The notes under the pieces: model-generated
Databases searched by the model: none
What the model saw: the letters and a program-made list of their open reading frames with translations, nothing else
What the model was told of the DNA's origin: nothing
Shown: piece after piece, positions 10,631 to 22,530 of the stretch
How positions within the stretch are numbered: position 1 is the stretch's first letter
Layout: every line of letters begins with the position of its first letter
Position numbers and translations under genes: made by a program
Source of the DNA: Lama glama
Taxonomy: Eukaryota
Assembly: GCA_028534125.1 (NCBI GenBank)
Contig: CM052832.1
Span: forward strand, 23,066,001 to 23,130,000
Direction of reading: 5' to 3'
Length of the DNA stretch: 64,000 nucleotides

Positions 10631-13600
10631 CCATTCATAACACAAATCCATTAAGCCTCCTATACAGGGAGCACATCTGTCTCTGTTCTCCACCTTCTCA
10701 AATAAGTTTGCTACTTCTTCTCTTGTCATTTTTCATACATTTTCTCCTTTCTCATTTCCTACCCTCTACCTTTTTCTTCATGTCCTCCTTCCCCCAACCT
10801 GCAGCCAAAGTTCTTACTTTCCACATCTACCTTTGTTTAATTATCTAATATTTTTGTATAAACATTTGAAGAAAAGGATCTTTCCAGAACAACAACAACA
10901 ATAAAAAAGAACGAACTTCAAAAACGGAAAGGTGGCCTTGCTCAGAGAACACCAGCTGCCTGCTGCCTGTCATGGAGAGCAACTGCAGCTAGAGCTCTCC
11001 ATCCTCCCTCCCTCCCTTCCCTTTGTCGGTGCCCTGTTATCAGCTACAGACTGATGCAAGCAAATCACCCTCTGCTGAGCCCTGACAGTCAGTCTGAGGG
11101 CCTGGAAAGTTCTGGAAAAGTTCTTCAGTGTGCCCTCAGAAATATTTTAGAACCTGGGAACTCAAAGGACAGAAGTGATAGGCCAGAATAATGAAGGCCA
11201 ACCCAGCTAAATAAATAAATAAGTAAATAAGTGTGCTGAGGGGAAAATATGGTTTCATTAGAAAAGCCTTTCTGGGTAATGGAAAACTAAAGAAATACCA
11301 GGAGAAATCAACCAAAGGAAAATTAGGAGCCACAAAAGTAGAGATAAAGTAGAATCAGAGGTAAAAGAAGCAAAGGCTGGACACAATCTGGAAGGTCAAC
11401 TGATAAAATGTGCAGCAAGCACTGAACCAACACCAATCAATACAGCTCAGTGTGAACCGAATCACAGCCTAATAACCACATCACATCCATTTTATGGTAC
11501 TATCTATCACACGAACAGCAGGAAGCAGAGGCAATTCAACTCGCCGCACACTCCAGCAAGCTGGCCTCCAAGCGTCGTTTGAAACGAACAGTGCGGCAGT
11601 ACTTGCAGTGATAAAGGGGTGAGGGAGTGGAAGCAGCTTGCAGAAGGGCCTATGAGCTCCTGTAAATACAAATCTGGGGCAAAGGGGGGAGAGAAGGAGC
11701 AGAGCAAGTAAGGGACATGTACAGGGAAGTCCTTGAAGCATGACTGCTCAGATTCTGCATCCAATTAGAATGTCCTACGGGATACCACTCCGATGAATTA
11801 TGGAGAAAGGAATCAATAGCCATCAGAAGCAGGAGGTGAGGGAGAGGGAAGGGCTGGAGGAAACTTGAGTCATTCATAGAATTATGAAGAAGCAGCGGCT
11901 TGTGAGCTAGTCAGGATGTCTAAGTGGAGATGAATGGACAATGGCTTCCCCAGAATTAGAGGATTTTATTTACACTGTGTTTTTCTCCTTTCACGGCACG
12001 GCGGCATTTTGACTTTTCTCGTAAAAAAATACAAAATTCTGAGAGAGAAAGTACATATTACATGTGTTCTTCAAGCAAAATTCCAAGTGAATGCTGCACA
12101 CACTATTATCAAGGCTGTTTGCTGCTTACAGACAGGGTCACCTGCACCACCATCCTCCTCTCCTCCCCGTCTTGTGAGAGGCTGTGCTCTTCCCCTGGGT
12201 CAAAGGCAGCCACCAGACCTGCAAGGATTGTATCACAGGCATTCTCTGAATTTGTTTTATAAGAACATTTTTTTAAATAAGAACTCAAAATGTGGCCTAT
12301 TTTTCTTCACTATTATCATTCTCTATTATTGTCATTTGTTTTCAGTTTGCTGCATTTTGACTTCCTCTCTTAATAGAGTTGTCAAGTCTGTTAGAAGCCC
12401 TGAGTAGAGATGCATGACGCAAACACTTCAAGAGAATGAAATCCATTACAGTGTTACAGTGCAGTCGCCTTAACCATGGAAAAGGGCACAGACTGAAGCC
12501 GTTTCCACATCTGCTCTGATTTCTCTAAGGAGTAAGTGAAGCGTTTAAGTTGATTAATCAAACTGCACCTACCTTGTAAAGTATATCTGTCATAAAGTAT
12601 ATTTACAATAAAAGACCATTTTCAAGTAGTAGATGCTTTGATTTTAAGAGCTTTCCACCGATTATCAGCCACATTAAACAAAACATTAAAGCAAGAAACT
12701 GCTCGGGCTCATCTAAAAGGAATGCAATATTCCACACAAGAACTCAGGGTGTCTCATGGAACCACTCTTGAGATGCAGACTGTTGATGTGCAGCCATTTA
12801 TCCACATAAAATTTCACGTCCTCAATTTTCGGTAGCAACATTTGCAACGATATCCTCCCTTAACTCAGCAGTATTCATTCCTTTCTGAGGAATTCACATT
12901 TTTTCCTAAATTAGTCAGTCAAGGTAAGAATACAACAAAGTACTCCTCTCCTTTTCTTGTAATGGATGTGGAAGTTAGAGGTAGACAACAAGAAACCCAC
13001 AGACTTTGCAAAACTGAACATTTCTGGAGCCAAAACAAACTTCAGAGTTTCAGTTTTGCCCCAAATTTAGAAGCTAGAGTTTAAATCCAAGCGCCTGAAA
13101 GCATGGCCTTTTGTTCCTTAAGACTTATCGTCAGTCTCCAAATACAGCAAATAGTTTTCCCACAGGTGACCTTTTATCATCTCAGGATGATCTTTTATCA
13201 TCTCAATTTTCTTCCGAATCACACCAAGTGAATTATTTTTAAAATGAGACTAAAAACACTCCCAATTTCTCTACTGTTTCACCTAATAACATAAATGTTC
13301 AATCCTATAATAATCCTAAAACCACCCTAAAGTTCTTAAAGCTTTGGCTTTTTCCTATGTACCTATGCTTGTTATCATAATGTACTTTGTACGTTGTCAC
13401 ATTTGAATGCAGTTAAGTATTATAATTACATACTGTATGGAAGGAAAATATACGCTTATATGAAAAGCCATGAATGTGATGGTGAGAGTATCATGAGAGT
13501 GATTGGAATGAAGGGGAAAAGGAGGGAAACGAAAGTGCCATTCTGCAGGAATACGAGGTATTTGGTAAGAGGTGATTCACAGCTAGTGTCTTTTAATGCA

Positions 13601-14044
13601 GATGGTACTTTTAAATTCAAAAAGGTAGAAACAACCTGGATGGAAAGAAATGAAAACACAGAAGAAGGAAATGAAAGTGAGTCCATCAATTATTTAAATA
13701 AGTTCAAGTGCCCAGATTAAAAGAAGAAGAAAAGGACCTACAGTTACAGTGTACCACCTTTGTTGCAATCTTGCAATCTCAGTAAATAGAATAAGAAAAA
13801 ATACTAGAGATAGACAAATATTGTTTTTCCCTCAATTAAATTTTAAGGCAGATTCTGGAAAATACAGATCTGTTTCCTTGGTGTTATCCCCTCGCAAAAT
13901 TATTGTCATTAAAACCCAATAAGGTATTTTTAGTTCCAGAAAATCAAATGGACAAGTGCAGGATGGGGGAACCTAACCTGAACAATAGTTTCCTAAGCCA
14001 GATTGATGATTTTTTTTTAAAAGTTAGAGACTCATAAAGACCGC

Positions 14045-14215
14045 TTTCTTTTAGCACTGGATATGCGGCTGATACTGACCAAGCCATCTAAGTTCTCTTA
14101 GCTTCCTTGTTGATAAGATGCGTACAATAATAACCATACTTCTTGCCTCAGAATTACTGTTGATATCAAATGAAATGTATGAAAAGTATTTTGTAAACCG
14201 TAAAATACCATGGAA
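14045..14215 (+). mobile_element. MIR fragment
   Basis: 'ttccttgttgataagatg...aataataacc...gcctcagaattactgttgatatcaaatgaaatgtatgaaaag'. Confidence 0.5.
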
Positions 14216-15587
14216 AAGCCAGAAATATCACTATCAATACACACTGAAACAAAGATTTTTAAGTTCCACTTGACTACTCAGTAGGGGTGAGTCAGCACCT
14301 GATGTGGCTAAGATGAAGGCCATGCCGCCCTAAGTGGCCCTAGCAGAACAGCAGTGAGGGAGGTGGTCCTTCTTTCATCCTCCTGCTTAGGCCACACCAG
14401 CAGGAGACCTCAGAGGACGTGACTTCCACCATCCTACGTCTGAAAGACTGGCAATGAAGAAGAACCATTTGCCTTACTCTTCCCAGAGAGCAGAACCAAA
14501 ACAGCCAGACTGAAATTACAAGAAGGGAGATTTCAATTGCTTAAGGGATGGACTATAAATACCTTTAGTGGTTTTCAAATCTACTGACATCAATTCTCTC
14601 TTGAGATTCAGAGTGTACAACATGCACACGCCTGCAAGGCAGGAACCCGCCCTGCCCTGACCAAACACCACTGTGAGATGGATGGGTTTAATGTACATCT
14701 CAGCAGAGAGGATCAGGAATTACAAAGTCCGTCCCACAGGCCTGTGAAGAAAACTTGCTTCCCCCGCTAACCTTCAAGAAACAGTTTTCTGGAGTGGGCA
14801 CTTCCCACTTCCTGACAACATTCTTCCTCTTTTTCTATGAAAACTGCCCCTAACCACAAAGTGCCCCTAACACTTAGGGTAATAATGGGGCAAATAAAAG
14901 GACATCCCTCATCTATTCCCAACCACTTCAACTTGGAAATGGAGCAATGACTTCATCATATTCAAGCACCCACGTGTATTTAAAGGCCTGTGACTTTCTG
15001 CAGTCAAATGTCTGATGGTTTTGAAAAGAATATTCAAAACTGAGAAAAGAGAGACACACAGATAGTGAACCAAAACTCAGCTCAGAAATCCAATGGCTAA
15101 GGAGAAAAGACCCTGGGAGGTGTTTGTCAGAAACAGAAAGCAGTCCTCACACAGAATCCACTACCAGCTTTGTTGGTTCTATATTAATCAAAAGCCAAAG
15201 GGCTGGAAAGCAGCCGGATTCCATGCTGAAGCTTGTGTGCAGGGTGCCGGCTTGTCTAACAGCCGCAATACGGCCAACGGTGGGCCAAAAGGGTATTGCT
15301 CCCTGTGTTTTCATCTTGGGAGAACTTGACAGAGCTGTTCCAACTGAAGCTTGCCTGTCTTACCAGGGGTTGTTGAAAAATTCTCAAAAGCTCACATCTT
15401 CCCATGATGTGAAGAGTGTTGGATTCACATATGGATTTATTTCTTTATCCAAGAATTGCATAAGCATGCATGATAAATGTTGAAACCACCCATAAGTTGA
15501 ATTTAATCCTTCAATTATTCTACTTGAATTCTATTCTGATCATTTTTCCTTGTAAAAAGAGAATTATCTAAAAGCCACATTAGAATA

Positions 15588-15785
15588 GGGCTATGGGAGG
15601 GAGGAAGGAACAAGAAGCTATTGTTTAAGGGGTACAGGACTTCCATTTGGGGTGATGAAAATGCTCAGAACTGGACAGAGATGATGGTCACACTACATTG
15701 TGAATATACTAAATACCACCGGATTGTTTACTTTAAAATGGTTAACATTGTATTATATGAATCCCACTCAATTAACAAAAAATAC
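15588..15785 (+). mobile_element. L1MB 3' UTR fragment
   Basis: 'tattgtttaaggggtacagg...ttggggtgatgaaaatg...acattgtgaatatactaaat...actttaaaatggttaa'. Confidence 0.8.
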
Positions 15786-16289
15786 CAGAATGAGATTAAA
15801 GATTCTGAGAGGGAAGAGCCTATGTTTATTAGAAATATCAACCTCCCAACCCATAAGAAACACAGCATTTCCTTTTCTGTATTTCTTATAGAGAAAGTCT
15901 GCCACAGCCACACGCAGAGGCATATGAAATTCTCTCTCCCAACCCAAAGAGGACTTGGCCGCGCAATCAGTTAGTCAACAGTAACTGTTCCTCTGGGGCC
16001 TGGCAGTTGGCATTTAACATCTTCCTTTCTTTTGAAGCTCATAGAACAATGGAAATACTGTCTTCCACTTTCAGACTTGTCACAACTCTCACAAAAAGTC
16101 CCTAAGAAGAGGTTTTTGTCCGATGGACTGATTGAAGTCTGGCCAACCATTATTGATATCATACTTTTCCTCAGACTGATTTAGTCAGTGACTTGTATCT
16201 ATAGGATTCATGAAACAAAACCTACTGGAATTCATCTTATCTATCTTCCAAGTGCAGATACTTCCCACAGAAAGAAAAAACAAAACAAA

Positions 16290-16685
16290 ACAAAAGCGCC
16301 AAGCTCATAGAGAAAGAGATCAGAATTGAAGTTCCCAGAGGTGTGGTGAGGGAAGCGGGGATTGGAGGAAGGTAATCAAAAGGTGCAGACTTCCAGTTAC
16401 AAGATGAGCAAGCACTAGGGACGTGATGTATAACATGGTGGCTACAGTTAACACTGCTGTACAGTACACAGGAAAGTTGTTAAGAGAGTACACTCTAAGA
16501 GTTCTCACCACAAGGATAATCGTTTTCTTCTCTTGTTATTCTATCCAAATGAGACAGATGTTGGCTAAGCCTACTGTGGTACTCATTTCACAATGTATGT
16601 AAAGCAAACAATCATGCTGTACACTTTAAACTTCTACAGAGATGTATGTCAATTATTTCTCTCAAAACTGGGGGAAACAAAAGAA
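16290..16685 (+). mobile_element. L1 3' UTR (L1MA9-like)
   Basis: 'caaaaggtgcagacttccagttacaagatgag...aagagttctcaccaca...tcaattatttctctcaaaactggggg'. Confidence 0.8.
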
Positions 16686-16722
16686 AGAGATGTGTTTAAA
16701 AGTTGTGTTTGGTATCACCTGG

Positions 16723-17620
16723 TGTATTAACAAGGGTTCTCAGGAGAACAGAACCAACAGGAGAATATATATATATGTATATACATAGGCACATCTCATT
16801 TGATTGCATTTTGCTTTATTACACTTCACAAACACTGCATGTTTTTACAGATTGAAGTTTTGTGGCAATGCTACGTCAAGCAAGTCTGTCAGTGTCATTT
16901 TTCCAACAGTGGTTCTCACTTCGTGTCTCTATGTTACATTTTGGTAATTCTTGAAATTTTTTCAAAACCTCCACCAACAAAAAGAATACTACAACTCGCT
17001 GAAGGCTCAGATGGTAGCTAGCATTTTTTTTAGCAATAAAATATTTTTAATTAAGGTTATATACATTGTTCTTTAGACATAATGCTATTGCACACTTAAT
17101 AGACCATAGTATAGTGTAAACGTAGCTTTTATATGCACTGGGAAACCACATTCATGTCACTCACATTACTGCAATATTTGCTTTATTGCAGTAGTCCAGA
17201 ACTGAACCTGCAACGTCTCTGAGATATACCTGCATGCATACACAGAGAGAACTTCATTATAAGAAATTGGTTCATGTGAGTATGGAGGCTGAAAAGCCAC
17301 AAGATCTGCATTTGCAAGACGGAGACCCAGAAAGCCAATGGTGTAGTTTCAGACCAAAAGCTGTCAGGCTCAAGACCTAAGAAGAGCCAATGTTTCCATT
17401 TTCAGTTTGAATCCAAAGGCAGGAAAAGACCGAGGTTCAGCTCAGTCAGGAAGTAGCAGGTCTTCAATTAACTGGGTGAGACCCACCCACATTAGGGGTG
17501 CTATTGCTTTACTCAGTCTACTGATTCAAATGTTAATCTCATGCAAAAACACCCTCACAGACACAGGGGGCCACACACCCTGTGGCCCAGTCAGGTTGAC
17601 ACATCAAACTAACCATCACA
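16723..17620 (-). mobile_element. Full-length MLT2 solo LTR with 5-bp TSD, hosting a Tigger1 insertion
   Basis: TG...CA termini (tgtatta...aaccatcaca), perfect CCTGG direct repeats at 16718-16722 and 17621-17625, and MLT2 internal motifs. Confidence 0.9.
16786..17232 (+). mobile_element. Tigger1 non-autonomous deletion derivative (TcMar)
   Basis: Degenerate TIRs taggcacatctc / gagatatacctg; Tigger1 5' and 3' end sequences joined near 16965; shares both ends with the copy at 62107-62618. Confidence 0.9.
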
Positions 17621-17806
17621 CCTGGCCAAAGAACTTTGGACTGAACATCACATGCCCCGTATCTCACAACACGGGGCCTTACCAAAAAAAAGTAGAAACT
17701 CAAATATTTTTTGAATGGAGAAAGTAGATCCTTTGTTTCCTTTAAATGTGTTTATTAAGAAATGTATCCAATAAAAATATTCAAGTAGTCCCCAAGCCAA
17801 ATGAAT

Positions 17807-18810
17807 CATGAAAAAATGCTCAATATCACTAATTCTCAGAGAAATGCAAATCAAAACTACAATGAGGTATCACCTCACACCAGTCAGAATGGCCGTCATT
17901 CAAAAATCCACAAATGACAAATGTTGGACAGGCTGTGGAGAAAGGGGAACCCTCCTACACTGCTGGTGGGAATGCAGTTTGGTGCAGCCACTATGGAAAA
18001 CAGTGTGGAGATTCCTCAAAAGACTAGGAATAGACTTACCATATGACCCAGGAATCCCACTCCTGGGCTTATATCCAGAAGGAAATCTACTTCAGGATGA
18101 CACCTGCACTCCAATGTTCATAGCAGCACTATTTACAATAGCCAAAACATGGAAGCAGCCTAAATGTCCATCAATAGGTAACTNNNNNNNNNNNNNNNNN
18201 NNNNNNNNNNNNNNNNNNNNNNNNNNNNNNNNNNNNNNNNNNNNNNNNNNNNNNNNNNNNNNNNNNNNNNNNNNNNNNNNNNNNNNNNNNNNNNNNNNNN
18301 NNNNNNNNNNNNNNNNNNNNNNNNNNNNNNNNNNNNNNNNNNNNNNNNNNNNNNNNNNNNNNNNNNNNNNNNNNNNNNNNNNNNNNNNNNNNNNNNNNNN
18401 NNNNNNNNNNNNNNNNNNNNNNNNNNNNNNNNNNNNNNNNNNNNNNNNNNNNNNNNNNNNNNNNNNNNNNNNNNNNNNNNNNNNNNNNNNNNNNNNNNNN
18501 NNNNNNNNNNNNNNNNNNNNNNNNNNNNNNNNNNNNNNNNNNNNNNNNNNNNNNNNNNNNNNNNNNNNNNNNNNNNNNNNNNNNNNNNNNNNNNNNNNNN
18601 NNNNNNNNNNNNNNNNNNNNNNNNNNNNNNNNNNNNNNNNNNNNNNNNNNNNNNNNNNNNNNNNNNNNNNNNNNNNNNNNNNNATATATATATACATACA
18701 CACACACACACATACACACACACACACACAAATATGCATGACTGGGACATTATGCTGTACACCAGAAATTGACACATTGTAACTGACTATCTACTTCAAT
18801 ATAAAAAAAA
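17807..18810 (+). mobile_element. Young camelid-type L1, 5'-truncated (ORF2 C-terminus and 3' UTR), spanning the assembly gap
   Basis: Open frame [29 protein letters not shown]...[16 protein letters not shown]...[21 protein letters not shown] is the L1 ORF2 cysteine-rich C-terminus. The 3' UTR 'tgctgtacaccagaaattgacac' and A tail follow the gap. Confidence 0.92.
18184..18683. other. Assembly gap (exactly 500 N)
   Basis: Run of N; the round number suggests a nominal scaffolding gap. Confidence 0.98.
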
Positions 18811-18939
18811 TTTTTGTTGTCATGTGTTAATGTAACTTGTATAATCATAACTAGTGTAATCAGAAGAAAATATTCTACACTAACAGAGAAAACATACATT
18901 AAACCATATTCTTATTTGAGTGGCATAGATTTTTAGAGC

Positions 18940-19140
18940 ATGAACTTTGCAGCAAAACAATGTGGCTGAGAAAAACCACCCCACCATGCCCTGTGATTCC
19001 AGGCAAAATTTTAAATCTCTCTCAGTTTCTTTAGTTATAAAGTAAGAAAGGTAGTAGTACTTGCTTCATACGGTATCTGTGTCAAATAATTCAGATATTA
19101 CTCAACATAGTATAATTGCTCCATAAACATCAATTATCTT
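18940..19140 (+). mobile_element. MIR fragment
   Basis: 'ctgtgattccaggcaaaattttaaatctctctcagtttctttagttataaagtaag...gtacttgcttcata'. Confidence 0.55.
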
Positions 19141-20624
19141 TTAACTATGTGGGCATTTTAGAAATTTATCACACACAAGGCTAAAGAGTTCTCTTTCAAG
19201 ACTAAAGACTTTAGCACTTCAGATGGGCCAGAGGACAGCAGACAGAAGCCACAAACAGCTTCACTGTAAGATTAGACTGAGATCCCAATTAATCTACACA
19301 AGGTTACAGACTTACTGGAGGCAACATGGCTTTGTAGAGCAAAGGCAGACAAGGCCTGTTTCCATGAACCCCAGAGTCCCGACCAAGGAGTAGCACATGT
19401 CAACGCACTGCCCACACAAAAAAGGCTTTCACCAGACCCCGGAGCCCTTCTCCTGCTGTGAACAAAGGAAGAAGCACACACCAACCATTTCTAGGTTGTG
19501 AATGGAAATAACAAATACTCATGTCAGGCGAGCCTCAGCAGCGGTCAGAGGGAGAGCGGTCCACCCCTGTGGGCCTCTGAACGGCTTCTCAGCCTCATTC
19601 GCCAGTTTCCTGGGAGGCCAGCTTCCCCACCAACTTCCCCATGAGACCCTCGGATGGAGTACAAAGAGGTAACATCCAGGCAAAGAGTTTTAGAGGCAGA
19701 ACAGGCTGCTTTCAATATTGTCTCCTCCTCCACTCACCTGTATTGATGTTTGAAGGACTCCAGCAGAGACAATTACTTGGAGAAAGATGGGATTTTGTTG
19801 CTAAAATTCAGATATTCCAGAGGAAAGAGACTCTCAAGTCTTGTGAATCATTTAACCTGACACAATTTGAGAGAAAATGGAGAGCAGGTTTTAGGAGTGA
19901 AGGAAGATGAGGAGTAGGAGAGAAAAAGCAAGCACCAGACACTCGGCAGCTAGGTTCAGGGCTCAGGAGCAGCAAGGAGAGACTGAGTATCAGGCAACGT
20001 GATGATAAAAAGGAAAGGAAAGATAAATCTGGAACTGGAGGCAAGAGGACACCAAAGAAAGGACCCCATTAGCTAGAGAGCAGCTTTCCCATTGTTCTTT
20101 CCTCATTCAGCACAGGAGTCAGAACGTGCCCGATGGATCACAAGAGAGGGAACATAATAATACCCTACAAGGTTAGTTGATAAACAACCAAACGTTTTAT
20201 GACATGGGGGGAGGCGTGAGAATGGTTTTTAATTGCCACATAAATTCTGATTGGTGCTTCAGCTCTAATCTTAGCTCTAAAGCACTGGATCGGGTTATTG
20301 ACCCTCTCGCACACAGCTTGCCTACACAATTGCACTTGCTTGGATATGCTTCTCTATGCGCAACTTGAGTCAATTAATTCCTAATGCATCAAAGCCCAAA
20401 TTTTGCTGTGGGCCTGTGCCAGCTTGAGAAACTAGCATCCTAGGATGTGCTGAAAATCATGCTACACCTCCTCTCCCCTACCACACACGCACTGTTTGAG
20501 TGAAGGAATTAACCACAAGGATCTGCGTTTCTAGTGTATCAGTATGTTTTGATTCAGGTAGCACTACATTATACAGAACACTCTGAGATTTTAAGAGAGA
20601 GGAACTTTCAGCAATCAGAGATCT

Positions 20625-20772
20625 AGAGCGTCCATCTCACATATTAATGTGCATACAAATCACCTGGGCATCTTGTTAAACTTCAGTTTCTGATTCTGTA
20701 GGTCACCTTTCCTAACATGCTCCCAGGTGAGGCTGAAGCTGCTGGTCTACAGTCACACTTTGAGTAGCAAAG
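20625..20772. mobile_element. MER5-family hAT MITE
   Basis: 'gcatacaaatcacctgggcatcttgttaaa...ctgattctgtaggtc...taacatgctcccaggtga...cacactttgagtagcaa'. Confidence 0.8.
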
Positions 20773-22059
20773 ATTTGGAGAACATGTGAAGGTCAGTAGT
20801 GTCAGTTTGCAGGCAGAAGAGTGATATTACTATAACTGTAAAGAAACATAGAGTCAAGTCAGAAGGCTTCTTAGGGACCACGAGCATGCAAGCAAGGTTG
20901 GGATCATTCAAAAAGTCACCAGTAGAGAAAGGAAACTTTTCGTAACTTTTAATTCTCAGGTCAGCTTATGGGGCTCTGAAATGTACAATGCAGAACGTAA
21001 ATTTGCGCATGTGACACCAATCAACTCCTTCCTGAAAGTTTCAACAAACTCTTCAGCTGCAAGGCTGTCATTCTTTACTGACCAAAAGAACAGATCAAAG
21101 TTTGTATTTCTCACTGTAGTTTTGTCCTTTCCAAGATCTTTGGTGGAAAGTGGTAGTGATAAGAGTTCAAGGAGGAGGGGTTTATTGTAACTTGGAGACT
21201 AGATTAAAAGAATTGGAAAGATATTACCTAATTTCACTCTCTGGTTTTGTTAATAAGGAAAATTACCCCATTATGATTTCCTCAGGGTCACCCAGCTAGT
21301 CACATAGCTAATCACTGGAAAGTGTGAGATGATAATCACTGCCTCTTAACTCCTAATTCATTGCTTTGACCTCTGTAGTATTAAGTAAAACTTTCCGCAT
21401 TTAAACTTTACTTTTTGATGAGTATTTTACAATTATAAACTTTACACAAAAACAAGAGAAATTGGTTCTAACAGAGGTTTGGCATTTAAATGGCTTACAA
21501 GCATAGGGCAGGTCTGATGAGCTCTTTATAAAATCACCATCCAGCTACAATCAGTAAGAAAATCATGTCAGTTTATTCCTAAGGCCACAGAACCAGGAGC
21601 AAGAATTTGGTGCTTTGTAAAATACATTACCAGTTATGGGTCATTTGGGCTTATAGTAAGCGTTCCAAAGAACTAAGTGAAGATGAATTTATTAGGCAAA
21701 GCCAAGCCTCAAGGGAACTTGCTGAAGACAGAGGTTATTTCAAAAACAAGAACTGCATTGTCCAATACCAAGGGAAAATGCTAAGGATGCTTCCTCCCGC
21801 ATAGAAATAATTTTCTTGTATTTGTGACACAAAGAATACAGAGTTTGATGAGGTCTGTTTAAGACCAGGCAAGAAATTTTACTTGAGCCCTGGTCCTGTG
21901 GGAAAATGTGCTGTAAATTAACACACTGGATAACTCTCTTTATGCTGCATTTACTGCACTTTAAGGCTTTAAAACAAATCTCTTAATTATTTTGATCTTC
22001 TGTACCATTATCCAACATTTTGGTACATGATTTTTTTCAAATTCTTGAAATGTCTGCTT

Positions 22060-22215
22060 TGTGTGGAATACTTATTATCTTGTGTGGAACACTTATTATG
22101 AAAAAGCCAGTTCTGGATGGCAAGGATAGACACAGAGATTAAAAGCCTATCTCCTACCCTTAGAAAGCCCCAAGTCCAGTTGAGGAGACAAATATGTACA
22201 CAAATAGTACATGAA
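22060..22215 (-). mobile_element. L2 3'-end fragment
   Basis: 'aacacttattatg...ccagttctggatg...cctacccttagaaagccccaagtccagttgaggagaca'. Confidence 0.55.
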
Positions 22216-22279
22216 GAGAGTGGGGAAGCAGATCTTGGCTCCATATGGAAAGAGGCGCCTCAGATTTCCAAGATGGAAT

Positions 22280-22530
22280 GCTGTATAGCCAAGTGGTTAA
22301 GAAGACAAACTCTAACACTGGATTCTCTGTGTTCAAATCCTGGCTTCTCCACTATCTGTGTGACCTTGGGCAAATTACTTTTGTGTCTCTCAGTTTCCTC
22401 ATCTGTAGAATCACATAATAATAGTACCTTCCTCATAGAGGTGGTATGAAGATTAAATGAATCCATATATGTATAAAGTCTTTAGAATAGTGTCCGACAC
22501 CGAGTGTTACCTCCGTGTAAGTAAACTTTA
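22280..22530 (+). mobile_element. MIR SINE, near full length
   Basis: 'gtggttaaga...gttcaaatcctggctt...tgtgtgaccttgggcaaattactt...ctcagtttcctcatctgta...gattaaatga'. Confidence 0.92.

Noticed and set aside
10972..11002. 9-bp hairpin atggagagc/gctctccat
   Set aside because: Too short to be significant in 64 kb.
11934..12407. 157-aa ORF in unique sequence
   Set aside because: No recognisable domain, non-coding-like composition and no supporting splice or promoter context.
17808..18782. 324-aa ORF, the longest in the track
   Set aside because: L1 ORF2 C-terminus read through 500 Ns; the length is an artefact, as it is for the three antisense ORFs over the gap.
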